DNA of 64,000 bases from assembly GCF_009914755.1 (NCBI RefSeq), contig NC_060938.1; one strand, given 5' to 3'. Positions 1 through 11,339 of this stretch are shown here, one piece after another. The notes beneath the pieces are model-generated. The model ran no database searches. It was not told the DNA's origin and saw only the letters and a list, made by a program, of their open reading frames with translations. The position numbers and the translations under genes are program-made. How positions within the stretch are numbered: position 1 is the first letter of the stretch; the number at the start of each line of letters is the position of its first letter. This stretch comes from the human T2T-CHM13v2.0 reference genome, Homo sapiens.

Positions 1-3000
1 AGTCTCCAGAGCATTCCATGAGGTGAAAGTCCCTTAACTTCCAACCTGAACTTTTTGACCATCAGTTCCCTATTCATAAAGTAGTTTTCTAGGATGGGGA
101 TTCTTGGGACATTGCATATGCATTTTTTTTTTAAAGAGGATCTCCGCTGGACATAGTGGGCTCCTGCCTGCAGTCCCAACTGTTTGGGAGGCTGAGGCAG
201 GAGGATTGCTTGAGCCAGTTTGAGGCTGCAGTGAGCTGTGATCTCCACTGTACTCCAGCCTGGTGACAGAGTGAGACCTCATCTCTTAAAAAAAACACAA
301 AATAAAGACGTTCTCTTTATCCTGTGAAAGCTTTCTGTGACCCAAGAAAGGTTTAGAATCACTATTTTAGGAGATTCTTATCCCATAAGGTATTTGTATT
401 GAATCTCAAAAGGCATTCACATCTCACATCCTCTGTGATAGCCTCCTAATTCACATTTATCAAGGTCCTAAATAAGTATCTAATTACCCTACTGTGGGAT
501 GTTGTATATTTCTTCAGATCCGGGCTCGAAATCCAGCATTTCAGCCACAAACTTTGATGGACTTTGGCTCAGGTACTGGTTCTGTCACCTGGTGAGTAAC
601 TTTCTTCAGCCCTATCTTGGTCAATTTTAGCTCTAGAAAGCCATACTTACACCACTCCAAAATTAACAGACTGGAAAACCAGAGGGAGAATAGGCAAGTT
701 GGGAATCTATAATGTTTCTTCCATCAGATTAGGCAAGGCAGAAGAAGGTATATGGATTGGGGCCAGAACTTAAAAGAAATGTCAAGTAAAAAAAGGCGCA
801 TGTGTAGAAAAATTAAAAAGAAAAGGAATTATCAATCAAAGTTGTTTTTGCCTACAAATAGTATTTTGAGTCTACCTTTTTTTTTTCTTTTTTGAAACGG
901 TGTCTCACTCTGTCGCCCAGGCTGGAGTGCAGTGGCACAATCTCGGCTCACTGCAGCCTCCTCTCCTGGGTTCAAGTGATTCTCCTGCCTCACCCTCCCG
1001 AGTAGCTGGGACTACAGGTGCACGCCACCACACCCAGCTAATTTTTGTATTTTTAGTAGAGACGGGGTTTCACCATATTGGCCAGGTTGGTCTCTAACTC
1101 CTGACCTTGTGATCCGCCCACCTTGGCCTCCCAAAGTGCTGGGATTACAAGCATGAGCCACTGTGCCCAGCTGAGTCTACCTTTTTTTTTTTAGGAGTTG
1201 TAAATAAAACAAGAAAATAACACTATTAGTTATTTTATTACTAACTATACAACTACTTTAACATAACACTCTCTTTTCCCAGGGGTGGGGTTGGGTGTAA
1301 ATGGGCCTCTTGTAGAGATGACTCTTGGTCATGGGAATTGGTGATTTATAATAATTTTGCCATCTTAGGGCTGCTCACAGTATTTGGGGCCAGAGCCTAC
1401 GTGAATATATGTGTGTGGACAGATCAGCTGCCATGTTGGTTTTGGCAGAAAAACTACTGAAAGGTGAGTGCAAGAGCACTTCCAAAGTTGAGGGAGTTAA
1501 GAAAGCAAAGGGGTACTAGTAAAAGTGTTTTACTGGGAAGTAGAGAAGAGGGTAAAAATTAAGATGAATCTGGTTTACTTTTAAAGTTATAGTCAAGCAA
1601 AGGGTGGTATTAGAGGTTTCTGCTGGACTGAGGATGGGTTGGGTAAGAATCAAAGGACAGGAGGCCTAATATTCTCCCTGCCCTTTTTTTTTTTTTTTTA
1701 ATTAGAGGTAGGGTCTCCATATGTTACCCAGGCTGGTCTCAAACTCCTGGCCTCAAGCCATCCTCCCACTTCAGCCTCTAGGGTAGCTGGGATTACAGGC
1801 ACGCACCGCCATACCTGGCTCATCCCTGCCCTTTTTGATATACACTTTACCTATTCTTGGGGCCATGTTTCTTATCTGGATATCTCTTCAGTTTATACCT
1901 AACTTCCTACACACTCACAGTTGCCTCTTCTTTTCTCCACAGGTGGTTCAGAATCTGGGGAGCCTTATATTCCAGGTGTCTTTTTCAGACAGTTTCTACC
2001 TGTATCACCCAAGGCAAGTGGCAGTGTTTAGAATATTCTAAATGTGGAATGTGGCAGATGGAAAACTATGGCTTGAGCTTTGCAGCCCAGCACTGAGTGT
2101 TAGAAGATAAAAGAAATTTAGCGGCTAGGACTTTGTTGTATTCTTGGGATGTAGAGATGTTGAGTCTGTCATGTTCCTTGTCTTGGTCCTCAGGTGCAGT
2201 TTGATGTAGTAGTGTCAGCTTTTTCCTTAAGTGAACTGCCCAGCAAGGCTGACCGCACTGAGGTAGTTCAAACCTTATGGCGTAAGACAGGTCATTTCCT
2301 GGTGAGTTAAAATTCCTTGTTCTCCTTAAGTCTTGAAGCAGCTTCATGGATTTCATGCCTTTGCTCCTCTCATTGTCTTTATTCTTCACCATTTTTCTCC
2401 TTCATGGGTTTCTTTATCCCTCTTTGAGGGTCTCCATCCTGATTATGTAATGCCTATTTCTTTTTAGGACTCCTTCTCCCTCTATGATTGCTCTTACACA
2501 GCTACTGACATTTATACTTTCGTGTAATTCAAGTCTTCTGCATATTTTCCCCTTTTGTGAACAGGTACTGGTGGAGAATGGAACAAAAGCTGGGCACAGC
2601 CTTCTCATGGATGCCAGGGATCTGGTCCTTAAGGTAAGGCTTCTTCTTCCCTCACTCCCCCACCCATATGTCACCAATTACTGTTACTCTCTTGAAAACG
2701 AAAGAGACTGTCATATATTGACAAGGGTGGCTCTCAGGAAACTGGGCGTATGAAGTCATTATGATACAGAGCAGTGGTTGGCAAATGAGAGCCTGTGGAT
2801 CAAATCCGACCTGCCACCTGTTTTTATATAAGCCATGCTTATCTGTGCCTCTGTTGTCTGTGACTGCTTTCACACTACAAACAGCAGAGTTGAGTAGTTG
2901 GGACAGAGATAGATTTTGCCTACTCTCTGGCCCTTTAAAAGAAACTTTGCGGACTCCTAATCTAGGGCATTGCTGAGCTAAGAACCTTGTCACTGGGGGA

Positions 3001-4290
3001 GAGTATGAGCCAGTGTATAATCATAAATTTAATTGTCCTGGAGTGGGATTTTTTTGAGAGTGGAGGTTGCTGACAAGGGAGAGCACCGTACTATGTGCCA
3101 AGTTCTTGCCTTTCTCCTGCAGCAAAGAGAAAGTTCTTTGTTTGGAGTATTAAAGATGCAGCCAGCTTAATTCAAAGGACATAGTCAATCGTTATTAGAA
3201 TTGAGTGTTAAAGGAGTCCTCAGTTTACTGAGTGCAGAGATTGAATTATGAAAATAGACCCTTGGCCCAGCTTTATTTCTTTTATTTCCTTTGATTTCAG
3301 GGAAAAGAGAAGTCACCTTTGGACCCTCGACCTGGTTTTGTCTTTGCCCCGGTGAGTATTACTTCTGCCTGTCCCACCACACGGATCTGAACTTAGGCGT
3401 GGCCGGGAAATGTAAGATGGTAAAGCTAAGCCACTCTCCACTACTTTGTGTTCCTATCCAGTTCCTACCTAATGATTCCCCTGGCTCTTCCTACCCACTG
3501 CTCCTGTCCTCCCTTCTCCCTGGCCCCTTTTGACTCTATTATTCTCAGTTTTTAAGTTTTGTGATTGATGGCTCTTTTGTCTTACCTCATTTTTTTATGT
3601 GTTCACAGTGTCCCCATGAACTCCCTTGTCCCCAGTTGACCAACCTGGCCTGTAGCTTCTCACAGGCGTACCATCCCATCCCCTTCAGCTGGGTAGGTAC
3701 CTGGGGATATTGCAGCAGGAAGCAAACATCCTGGAAAAACAGGAAGAAAAAGAATCAGAGTTAGGAGGAGTTGGATAATTTGTAGAATAGCCTGGAGACT
3801 TTAGGGCCTACATGTATATGATTTATACATTGTAAAAAAGGACTGCAGGAATGGGGAAGAAGGGACTGTACAAACTTTTTTCCCATATCTTTTTCTTCTA
3901 AACAGTCTCTATGTTCCTTATCTTAGAACAAGAAACCAAAGGAAGAAAAGTTCTCTATGGTGATCCTTGCTCGGGGGTCTCCAGAGGAGGCTCATCGCTG
4001 GCCCCGTATCACTCAGCCTGTCCTTAAACGGCCTCGCCATGTGCATTGTCACTTGTGCTGTCCAGATGGGCACATGCAGCATGCTGTGCTCACAGCCCGC
4101 CGGCACGGCAGGTATGGGGGGTGTGACCAAAATCAGTGGGATGTGGCAGGAAGCTGCAGCCCACGCCAGCATCTGTTTCCACAGGGATTTGTATCGTTGT
4201 GCCCGTGTCAGCTCCTGGGGAGATCTTTTACCTGTGCTTACTCCGTCTGCGTTTCCTCCATCTACGGCTCAGGATCCCTCTGAGAGTTGA
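1..4290 (+). CDS. METTL17: Methyltransferase-like 17 (mitoribosome small-subunit assembly factor), 3' part; coding exons 1-22, 518-591, 1369-1463, 1943-2013, 2194-2301, 2565-2633, 3301-3351, 3609-3692, 3927-4111, 4185-4290
   Basis: Exons join in frame at GT/GC-AG junctions to give [32 protein letters not shown] (SAM-binding motif I)...CPHELPCP...HCHLCC...QDPSES*. The gene start lies upstream of the window. Confidence 0.97.
146..305 (+). mobile_element. Old Alu monomer (FRAM/AluJ-type)
   Basis: ggaggctgaggcaggaggattgcttgagcc...actccagcctgg...A-tail. Confidence 0.8.
877..1171 (-). mobile_element. Full-length Alu (AluS-type)
   Basis: Antisense dimer with poly-T; TSD tgagtctacc on both sides. 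Confidence 0.92.
1684..1820 (-). mobile_element. Alu monomer (FLAM-like)
   Basis: Poly-T then antisense Alu monomer; TSD tccctgccctttt. Confidence 0.8.
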
Positions 4291-4406
4291 TGAGGATGTG
4301 TAACAAGTATTTTCTTCTATCGTGCCTGCCAGGGCTGAAGCTGCCTGGTATCCAGGAGGGGAATGCTGGTATCCCCATATGTCTGTGTTTGTTTGAGATT
4401 TTTAAT

Positions 4407-4419
4407 AATAAATAATAAA
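4407..4419 (+). terminator. METTL17 polyadenylation signals (two AATAAA)
   Basis: AATAAA at 4407-4412 and 4414-4419, about 120 nt after the stop codon. Confidence 0.8.
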
Positions 4420-4466
4420 TTTTTGAAGAATGGAAGTGGATTTTGTGATTCTTAAAAAGTGTAGAA

Positions 4467-4636
4467 GCTGGGCACGGTGGCATGTGTCTGCATTTCCAGC
4501 CACTCAGGAAGCTGAGGCAAGAGGATCACTTGAGCCCAGGTGTTAAGGCTACAGTGAACTTTGATTGTAACACTGCACTTCAGCATAGGTAACAGAGCAA
4601 GACGTCCTCCCTTAAAAAAAAAAAAAAAAAAAAAAA
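4467..4636 (+). mobile_element. Alu monomer (FRAM/AluJ-type)
   Basis: gctgggcacggtgg...gaggatcacttgagcccagg...long A-tail. Confidence 0.8.
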
Positions 4637-4743
4637 CATGTAAAAGGTATAGTTAATTATCCTGGCCTATCCTGTAATGAAGAGCTTCCTCAGATTTTTG
4701 GTGCCAGGCTTCCCACACAAATCTCAAGCTCGCCCTCTCCTAT

Positions 4744-5615
4744 TGTGGCAGTTCAGAGCTCCATAAGCTCTTCGCTGTAATGATGAATGTGTAAGCTGAT
4801 CATTAAAGCAGAAGTAGAAAAACCAGATTTCCATAAGCCCTTTGCTATAATGATGAATGTACAAGTTAAACATTAAAGCAGAAGCAAGAAAAATGGATAA
4901 GGAATCGGGGGAAACTGGTGCCTGAGTACGAAAGCCAGAATACAAAAAAAGCAAGCCCTTTAAAGCCCCACCTATACTTTCTCTACCTCAGATCTAGCTG
5001 AGTGATAAAAGCATTCCTGCACATACAACCCATCCCAGGACCAACTTAAGATTAAGAAACTTCTGTCTGCAAGTACTCACTCACTATGGTGGGATCAGCT
5101 GCAAAGCGAACTGTCCCATGCTCATGTTGATGGTTTTCTAGATACTGCCAACATGTTAGCTCTTTCTGGTGCCGATGAATTTCAAACGCGAACAGACACC
5201 CTTGATGTGGGTTTGCTAAGAAAATAGAAGAACAGGAAGAAAAGTTGCCAGGTTCAGACATCCCAGGGAAAAAGAAGCGTAAACAGCATTAGCAATCAGT
5301 GACTGATGATAATGCTGCAATAATGGGAATGGTTTTATTTCTAAATCAAATCGTTTATTGCTTTGTTTCTAAAAAACAAAAAAAAACTTCTACCTGCAGA
5401 CCCCTAGTTTAGATTAATTAGGAAACATTCCCGCAGGTAGTCATAGAGCTTGAATTGTATATAAAAGCTAAAGAAAAGCTTGTAACTTTGAGTTGGTCTG
5501 GTGTGCTACTCCGACCTCCCTGTAATCAGTTGCAGAAATAAACTCCCGTCTTTCCCAGTCTGTCTGTCTGCATCTCATTACCGGACCACAAGAACAAGCA
5601 GCAGGACCAGTAACA
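4744..5615 (+). mobile_element. Solo ERV1-class LTR related to the PABL LTRs downstream, interrupted by a retrocopy at 5072-5383
   Basis: Begins TGTGGCAG and ends ...TAACA; flanks ctat/ctgt. The 3' part (gtatataaaagc...tttgagttggtctggtg...gaaataaactc...gcatctcatt) aligns by eye with LTR 11145-11290. It contains a 70-bp-period internal repeat at 4760-4893. Confidence 0.7.
5072..5383 (+). pseudogene. Candidate processed (retrotransposed) transcript fragment of unknown parent
   Basis: About 310 nt unrelated to the LTR, ending in aaaaaacaaaaaaaaa; flanked by aaacttctgtctgca (5057-5071) and aaacttctacctgca (5384-5398). Confidence 0.6.
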
Positions 5616-6846
5616 CTGTAAGAATCATCCAGTAACACTGTAAGAATACTGCTTCTACCAGAGGCCAGGACTTCCCTAGGAAGATAATCTGGAGTAGCAA
5701 GGAAAGCTGCCTCCAGAGCTCTGAGAACTGGCTCAACAGGTCTCAGGGTTGTTATGTGGGCCACCTGAATAGGGGAATCAGCAGCTGCCTGGCCTCTTGT
5801 ACTAACGCCTTCCCTTCTGTCTTTCCCAGGGTCCCTCAGCTACCCTAGAGTATGTATGGGAAATGCCCCAGACATTTCCATCAAGAGTGATTCCCATCAG
5901 AACTGAATCTTCTACCCCCACCTCTCTATATCCAGGTAGAATCCTCCCATTCACTCAGTTCATTTCTGTTTTCCCCTAAGCCTTGCTGTTTCAGGGCTAG
6001 AGCAGCTTCCTTTGTCTTAAATCTTAAATGTCTTTTTTTCCACAGTTCTTACCAGGAAACAGGCACAGTCAGAAGTTGTAACAGTATAAATGTTGTAATA
6101 CCAGACATCTCAACTCATTCCTCTCAAAACTGATCCCAATCAAAAGAGAAAGAAAAAAAACAAATCAACTTACCACTAGACATTTCCATGCCTGGAGCTA
6201 TTTTTCTGGGGTTACAGGAAAGGGTAGTTCCCTCATGTGGGTACTAGTTCCCACAGAGTAGCACCAGCACCACCTCTCAGCCCCACCTCTTTACCTCCAG
6301 GTGGCCCCAAATCTCTGAAAGCGGGTGGTTCAAGTATCAGCATTGCAACCTATAAGACTTGGGATGAGGTGGAGAGGGTATGGAAGGCTTAGATCAAACG
6401 TCCTGAGTGAGACAGGACCAGATTGTCCCCAGTACAAAATAGCTGGGAAGCAGCTACCATAGACTTTCCTATTTTGGATTAGACCAACCCCAAGCACATG
6501 AACTAAGACTATCCGTAGCTCTTGGATTAGTCATGCCATTGAAGAGGAGGAGAAGACGCCACTGGGCTGTGCCTGGCAGGGAGTCTGGAGTTTCTGGTTT
6601 CCAAGCTCAGGAAGGCGTGAACCAGGGGAGGGGCCTCCATGCAGGGGGAGGGCTAGAAGCTGGGGCAGGATCTGTCAGCTCTGCAATGCTGCAGAAGCAG
6701 AAGCAACACAGAAAGAAGATACCAACAGCCTCCTGAAACTCACGAGAGTGGACACTCCAGTGTTGACCACCTAAGATACCACTCCTGCTCCAAAGATTAC
6801 AGCTCCCTTGTCATTCTGACTCCTGGGCTTACCCTACACCCCAGAG

Positions 6847-8979
6847 ATGGAGCAACTACTAGGAATAAAACTTGGCTGCCTGTTTGCCCTGTTGGCTCTC
6901 ACTCTGGGCTGTGGCCTTACTCCCATCTGCTTCAAATGGTTCCAGATTGATGCAGCCAGAGGTATAGCCCTACCCCATCTTTGTTCCATAGCCTGAGTCT
7001 CACCTCAACCCTGTCCTGATACCTTGCTCTGATTCTCTCACCATCCCCAACCTTGGGATATTGAGTGCTGCCTGCTGCTCTTTACTCACCTTTGTCTGTC
7101 TCCTCAGTGTCAAGTGGGTTGTAACTTCTGCTTTTTATTAGGTCATCACCGGCGAGTCCTCAGACTCCTGGGCTGTATTTCTGCTGGTGTTTTCCTGGGA
7201 GCAGGGTTCATGCATATGACTGCTGAAGCCCTGGAGGAAATTGAATCACAGATTCAGAAGTTCATGGTGCAGGTGAGAGCAGAGATTTCAAGCCGCAGGT
7301 CTATGAGGCCAAAATGATAAACAGGACAAAGGGAAGAGAGCGGGAAAGTGATGGAGCCAAGGACATGGGTGGAACGACAAGGAAAATGACAGCTCTGGTG
7401 TGGGATGGTGAAAGCAAGTCAGATTAGGCTTTAAGGAAAACAGAATTGCTGAAGGGACAGCACAGGAAGCTGTGCTGCTCCATCCCACATCTAATTTCTG
7501 CTGCTTTCTTCTTAGAACAGATCAGCAAGTGAGAGAAATTCTTCTGGTGATGCTGATTCAGCTCATGTAAGTACCTCCCACCATCCCCTATCTGGAGAGT
7601 GAGGAGAACCAGAGAGGCCTTTCATATCCAGACCCTTTTGAGAGGAATACATGAGGAGTACCAAGAATCCCTTCTGCTCCCTAGCTCAGACATCGTAGAG
7701 GAAAAGAGGAGCAAATCCAATCCTTTTGAGTTTATAGAATGCCAGGGAAAGCCCTTGTTTTACTCTTTCATTCTTTCCCTGGATCCTCTGATATACCTCA
7801 CATCATTTGCCCATGTTTTTAACTCTATTGAGATTCTGTCCCTTAGCCCCTCTGGCAGTCTTTTGTTGTTGTTGTTTTTCGTTTGTTTGTTGAGATGAAA
7901 TCTCTCTGTCGCCCAGACTGGAGTACAGTGGCACAATCTCGGCTCACTGCAACCTCTGCCTTCCGAGTTCTAGTGATTTTCCTGCCTCAGCCTCCTGAGT
8001 AGCTGGGATTACAGGCACGTGCCACCACACCTGGCTAGTTTTTGTATTTTTAGTAGAGGCGGGGTTTCATCATGTTGGCCAGGCTGGTCTCAATCTCCTG
8101 ACCTCAAGTGATCTGCCCACTTCAGTCTCCCAAAGTGCTAGGATTACAGGCATGAGCCACTGTGTCCGGCCCACTCTGGCATTCTTGTTGTTGCACGGCC
8201 ATGTCTACTCTTGGCTTCATTTCCCCTACCCTTTTTTGTGTTCTGTTACCACATTTTCTCATTCTCTTCAATCTCCCAATTCCATGTCCATCCAATGTAT
8301 TGCCTACCCTTCCTTTCCATCTCACAGCCCTTCTTTTTGTTTCTAGATGGAGTATCCCTATGGAGAGCTCATCATCTCCCTGGGCTTCTTTCTTGTCTTC
8401 TTTTTGGAGTCGCTGGCATTGCAGTGCTGTCCTGGGGCTGCTGGAGGATCGACAGTGCAGGACGAAGAATGGGGTGGGGCTCATATCTTCGAACTCCACA
8501 GCCATGGACATTTACCCTCACCCTCAAAGGGTCCCCTCCGAGCCCTTGTCCTCTTGCTGTCACTCTCCTTTCACTCAGTGTTTGAAGGGCTAGCTGTGGG
8601 GCTGCAGCCGACAGTAGCAGCTACCGTGCAGCTCTGCCTTGCTGTCCTGGCTCATAAGGGGCTTGTGGTGTTTGGTGTAGGAATGCGGCTAGTGCATTTA
8701 GGTACCAGCTCACGATGGGCAGTGTTCTCCATACTATTATTAGCTCTCATGTCCCCCCTGGGCCTAGCCGTAGGGCTGGCTGTGACTGGAGGGGACTCTG
8801 AAGGAGGGCGGGGCTTAGCCCAGGCTGTGTTAGAGGGTGTGGCAGCTGGTACCTTCCTGTATGTCACCTTCCTAGAAATTCTTCCACGGGAGCTAGCTAG
8901 TCCTGAGGCCCCTCTAGCTAAGTGGAGCTGTGTAGCCGCTGGTTTTGCCTTCATGGCCTTTATTGCCTTGTGGGCCTGA
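6847..8979 (+). CDS. SLC39A2: Zinc transporter ZIP2 (309 aa); coding exons 6847-6961, 7142-7272, 7516-7566, 8347-8979
   Basis: [13 protein letters not shown]...; ZIP TM4 signature [15 protein letters not shown] and TM5 AHKG; all junctions GT-AG and in frame. Confidence 0.98.
7861..8171 (-). mobile_element. Alu (AluS-type) in SLC39A2 intron 3
   Basis: Antisense full-length Alu; TSD ctctggca(g/t)tc. Confidence 0.9.
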
Positions 8980-9248
8980 GAGATTCCTGGCTTTTCTGAT
9001 GGACCTATTTAGGACAACCTCTCTATCCCCAGGGAGACCTCCCAAATGGCTTTGACCCTCAGACATTTCTTTACTCAGACTAAATAGCATTCAGTAGGAC
9101 TGGACTGGACCCCAGGTTTCCTTTACATGAGATCCCATTTCTCACCCTGGACTAAGACAAAGATATTTAGGTTGAGCAGCTATTAATTGGAGAATTGGTA
9201 CAGAGACGCTCCAGATTTTATTCTTATCCCATTTATGCTACTGTGTGT

Positions 9249-9254
9249 AATAAA
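9249..9254 (+). terminator. SLC39A2 polyadenylation signal
   Basis: AATAAA about 270 nt after the stop codon. Confidence 0.75.
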
Positions 9255-10457
9255 ATGCCCATTTTACCCTCCTTCAGCCATTCTGGATTTCATTTCTCCT
9301 GGTTGCCTAGATGCTACCTGGCACAGGAAGTGGTGGAATGGGGAATGGGAAGGATGAGTGTTGAATGCAGTATTTTATTCTGGAATTAGGGCTCCTAGCC
9401 ATCCTGTCAGTTGCAGCCACACCCCTAGACATGGCACCTTGCTAAAATTCCCCTCCCACCTTACCCACTGTAGTTGAGAAAATGAGCCAGTTCCCAGCAT
9501 TTAAAAGGAAAGAAAGTTAAAAGCCAAAATGACGTGGATCGATTATGTTCCTACACTTACCATAACCACCCCATTCCCAGTACCCATTATCAGCCACCGA
9601 TAACATGTCCAGGCTAAATGGAGATCAGGCAGAATGGAACCTATCTCCATTAGGTTCCTGTTTTTTCACACCGAGCCCTGTGTGGCCTCAGGGACACTAT
9701 TGCTCTTCTTTGAGCTTCTATCTCCTTCCAGCTGCCTTGTGTTGAGGGATTAAAAAGCAGTGTGCTTGGAGAGGGAGAAAGGTGCTAGATATTAAAATAA
9801 ATGCCTGGGATGATTACTTGGCTCTTGCAGGACTCACTGGCTTTTCTCCTGCCTGTCTTACCAATTGTCTTTCCATCTAAGTAACCCCTACAATGTGTTG
9901 TTTCTCTTAAAAACTGCTGAGGACAAATACGAAAGCAGGTTAGCTGGAATTGGTAGGAACAGGATGGCTATTGCATAGCCCCCAACTCATGAGGTGGAGG
10001 AATATCTCAAACTTAGTGGAGAAATGGGGAAAGAGAAAGTGTGCCCTGTGAGTTCAGTTACCCTCACAAGTTGGCCCTTTCTAGTATTTTCAGCATGGAA
10101 GCCCAAGTACCTTAACATGGACATTCATTCTTCTTCTCAGTCTCTGTCTCCTTTCCATCCTGTTCCCCTTCCTACAAAGTAAGAAATACAAGCCTCCTCA
10201 TAAGCCCAGTTTACACACCCAGAGATCAGTGAGAAGGCCAGCTTCAGGCAAAAATGATACAGAGAGAGAGAGAGGGAGAGATGATAGATATGTCTAACGC
10301 AGGAAATCATTTCCCTAAAGCACCATAGTATTGTGTTTTCTTTCCATTTAGCGTTAAATGCAGTAACATGTAATACACTCAGAACAGTTGTCCAGTGTGT
10401 AGTAGTTTCTACTGTAATAGTTTCTACACTGAACAATGGCTATGTGCCAGGTACTAT

Positions 10458-11316
10458 TGTGGCAGGCCAGGTTTCACTAACGCAGGCCTCCATCACATTT
10501 TCGTCTCACAGCCCTTCTTTTTGTTTCTAGATGGAGTATCCCTGTCACGGGCTTATTTTGTTTCCAGTCAAGCAAAACAAGGGGCTTATCTCCCTCACAG
10601 ATCAGCATATGAGATATGCTTCAGATATGTTTGCCTGTCAGACCCATAAACACAACAAGATATGCCAGCTGCAATGGAAGAGAAGCCCTGTTTCAGTTCG
10701 TGGATTACAGACTGCAACTGGTTAGGTTAAATATTAAAAGCTAAAAAAAAGCCGGTGCCTATACAAAGGCCGTCATGTAACAAAAGCCCATCAAGAGTTT
10801 TGATTAGGCCTTTCCTGGCAAAACTTAAAGCATGACAAAATAACGAAGGAATTCTTACCAGGACCCATTTAGGATTACACAAGTTTTATTGAGGGTCTGA
10901 AGAAACTCCCCAGGCCTCCACAAACAAGTTTACTGGGCATCTGAAGGAACTCCCCAAACCTCTGTGATTTAGCAGAAGACAAGATAAGGGTAACCACCCC
11001 AGCATCTAGACCCATTTAGATTAAGCTTACTGAGGCTCCAGGAGTAGGTCTTCCAGACTCAGACCTTAGTTATAGATGAAAAGAAGTTAATCACTTATGT
11101 CTTTAGATGAATGCACGCTTACACGTAGACATATAGCTTAGAAGGTATATAAGCTCTGAAAAACTTTGTAATTTTGAGTTGGTCTGGTGATAATTTCCAG
11201 GCCTTCTCCCTGTAACCGATGACAGAAATAAAAACTCTCTTTCTGCCCAGTTCATCGGCATCTCATTATTGGGCCACGAGAAATAGCAGCGTGACCCTCT
11301 GTTTGGTCTGGGAACA
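10458..11316 (+). repeat. 5' LTR (carries a 190-nt foreign insertion at 10498-10687)
   Basis: Aligns with 17069-17719; TATA (gtatataag) near 11145; AATAAA 11227-11232. Confidence 0.92.
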
Positions 11317-11321
11317 AAATT

Positions 11322-11339
11322 TGGAGAGCCAGCCAGGAG
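11322..11339 (+). other. Primer binding site complementary to the tRNA-Arg 3' end
   Basis: tggagagccagccaggag matches TGGCGAGCCAGCCAGGAG (complement of tRNA-Arg(ACG) ...CTCCTGGCTGGCTCG-CCA) at 17 of 18 positions. Confidence 0.8.

Noticed and set aside
4760-4893. Two ~63-bp units at 70-bp period, superficially array-like
   Set aside because: Only two diverged copies inside an LTR U3 region, where such repeats are normal; not CRISPR-like
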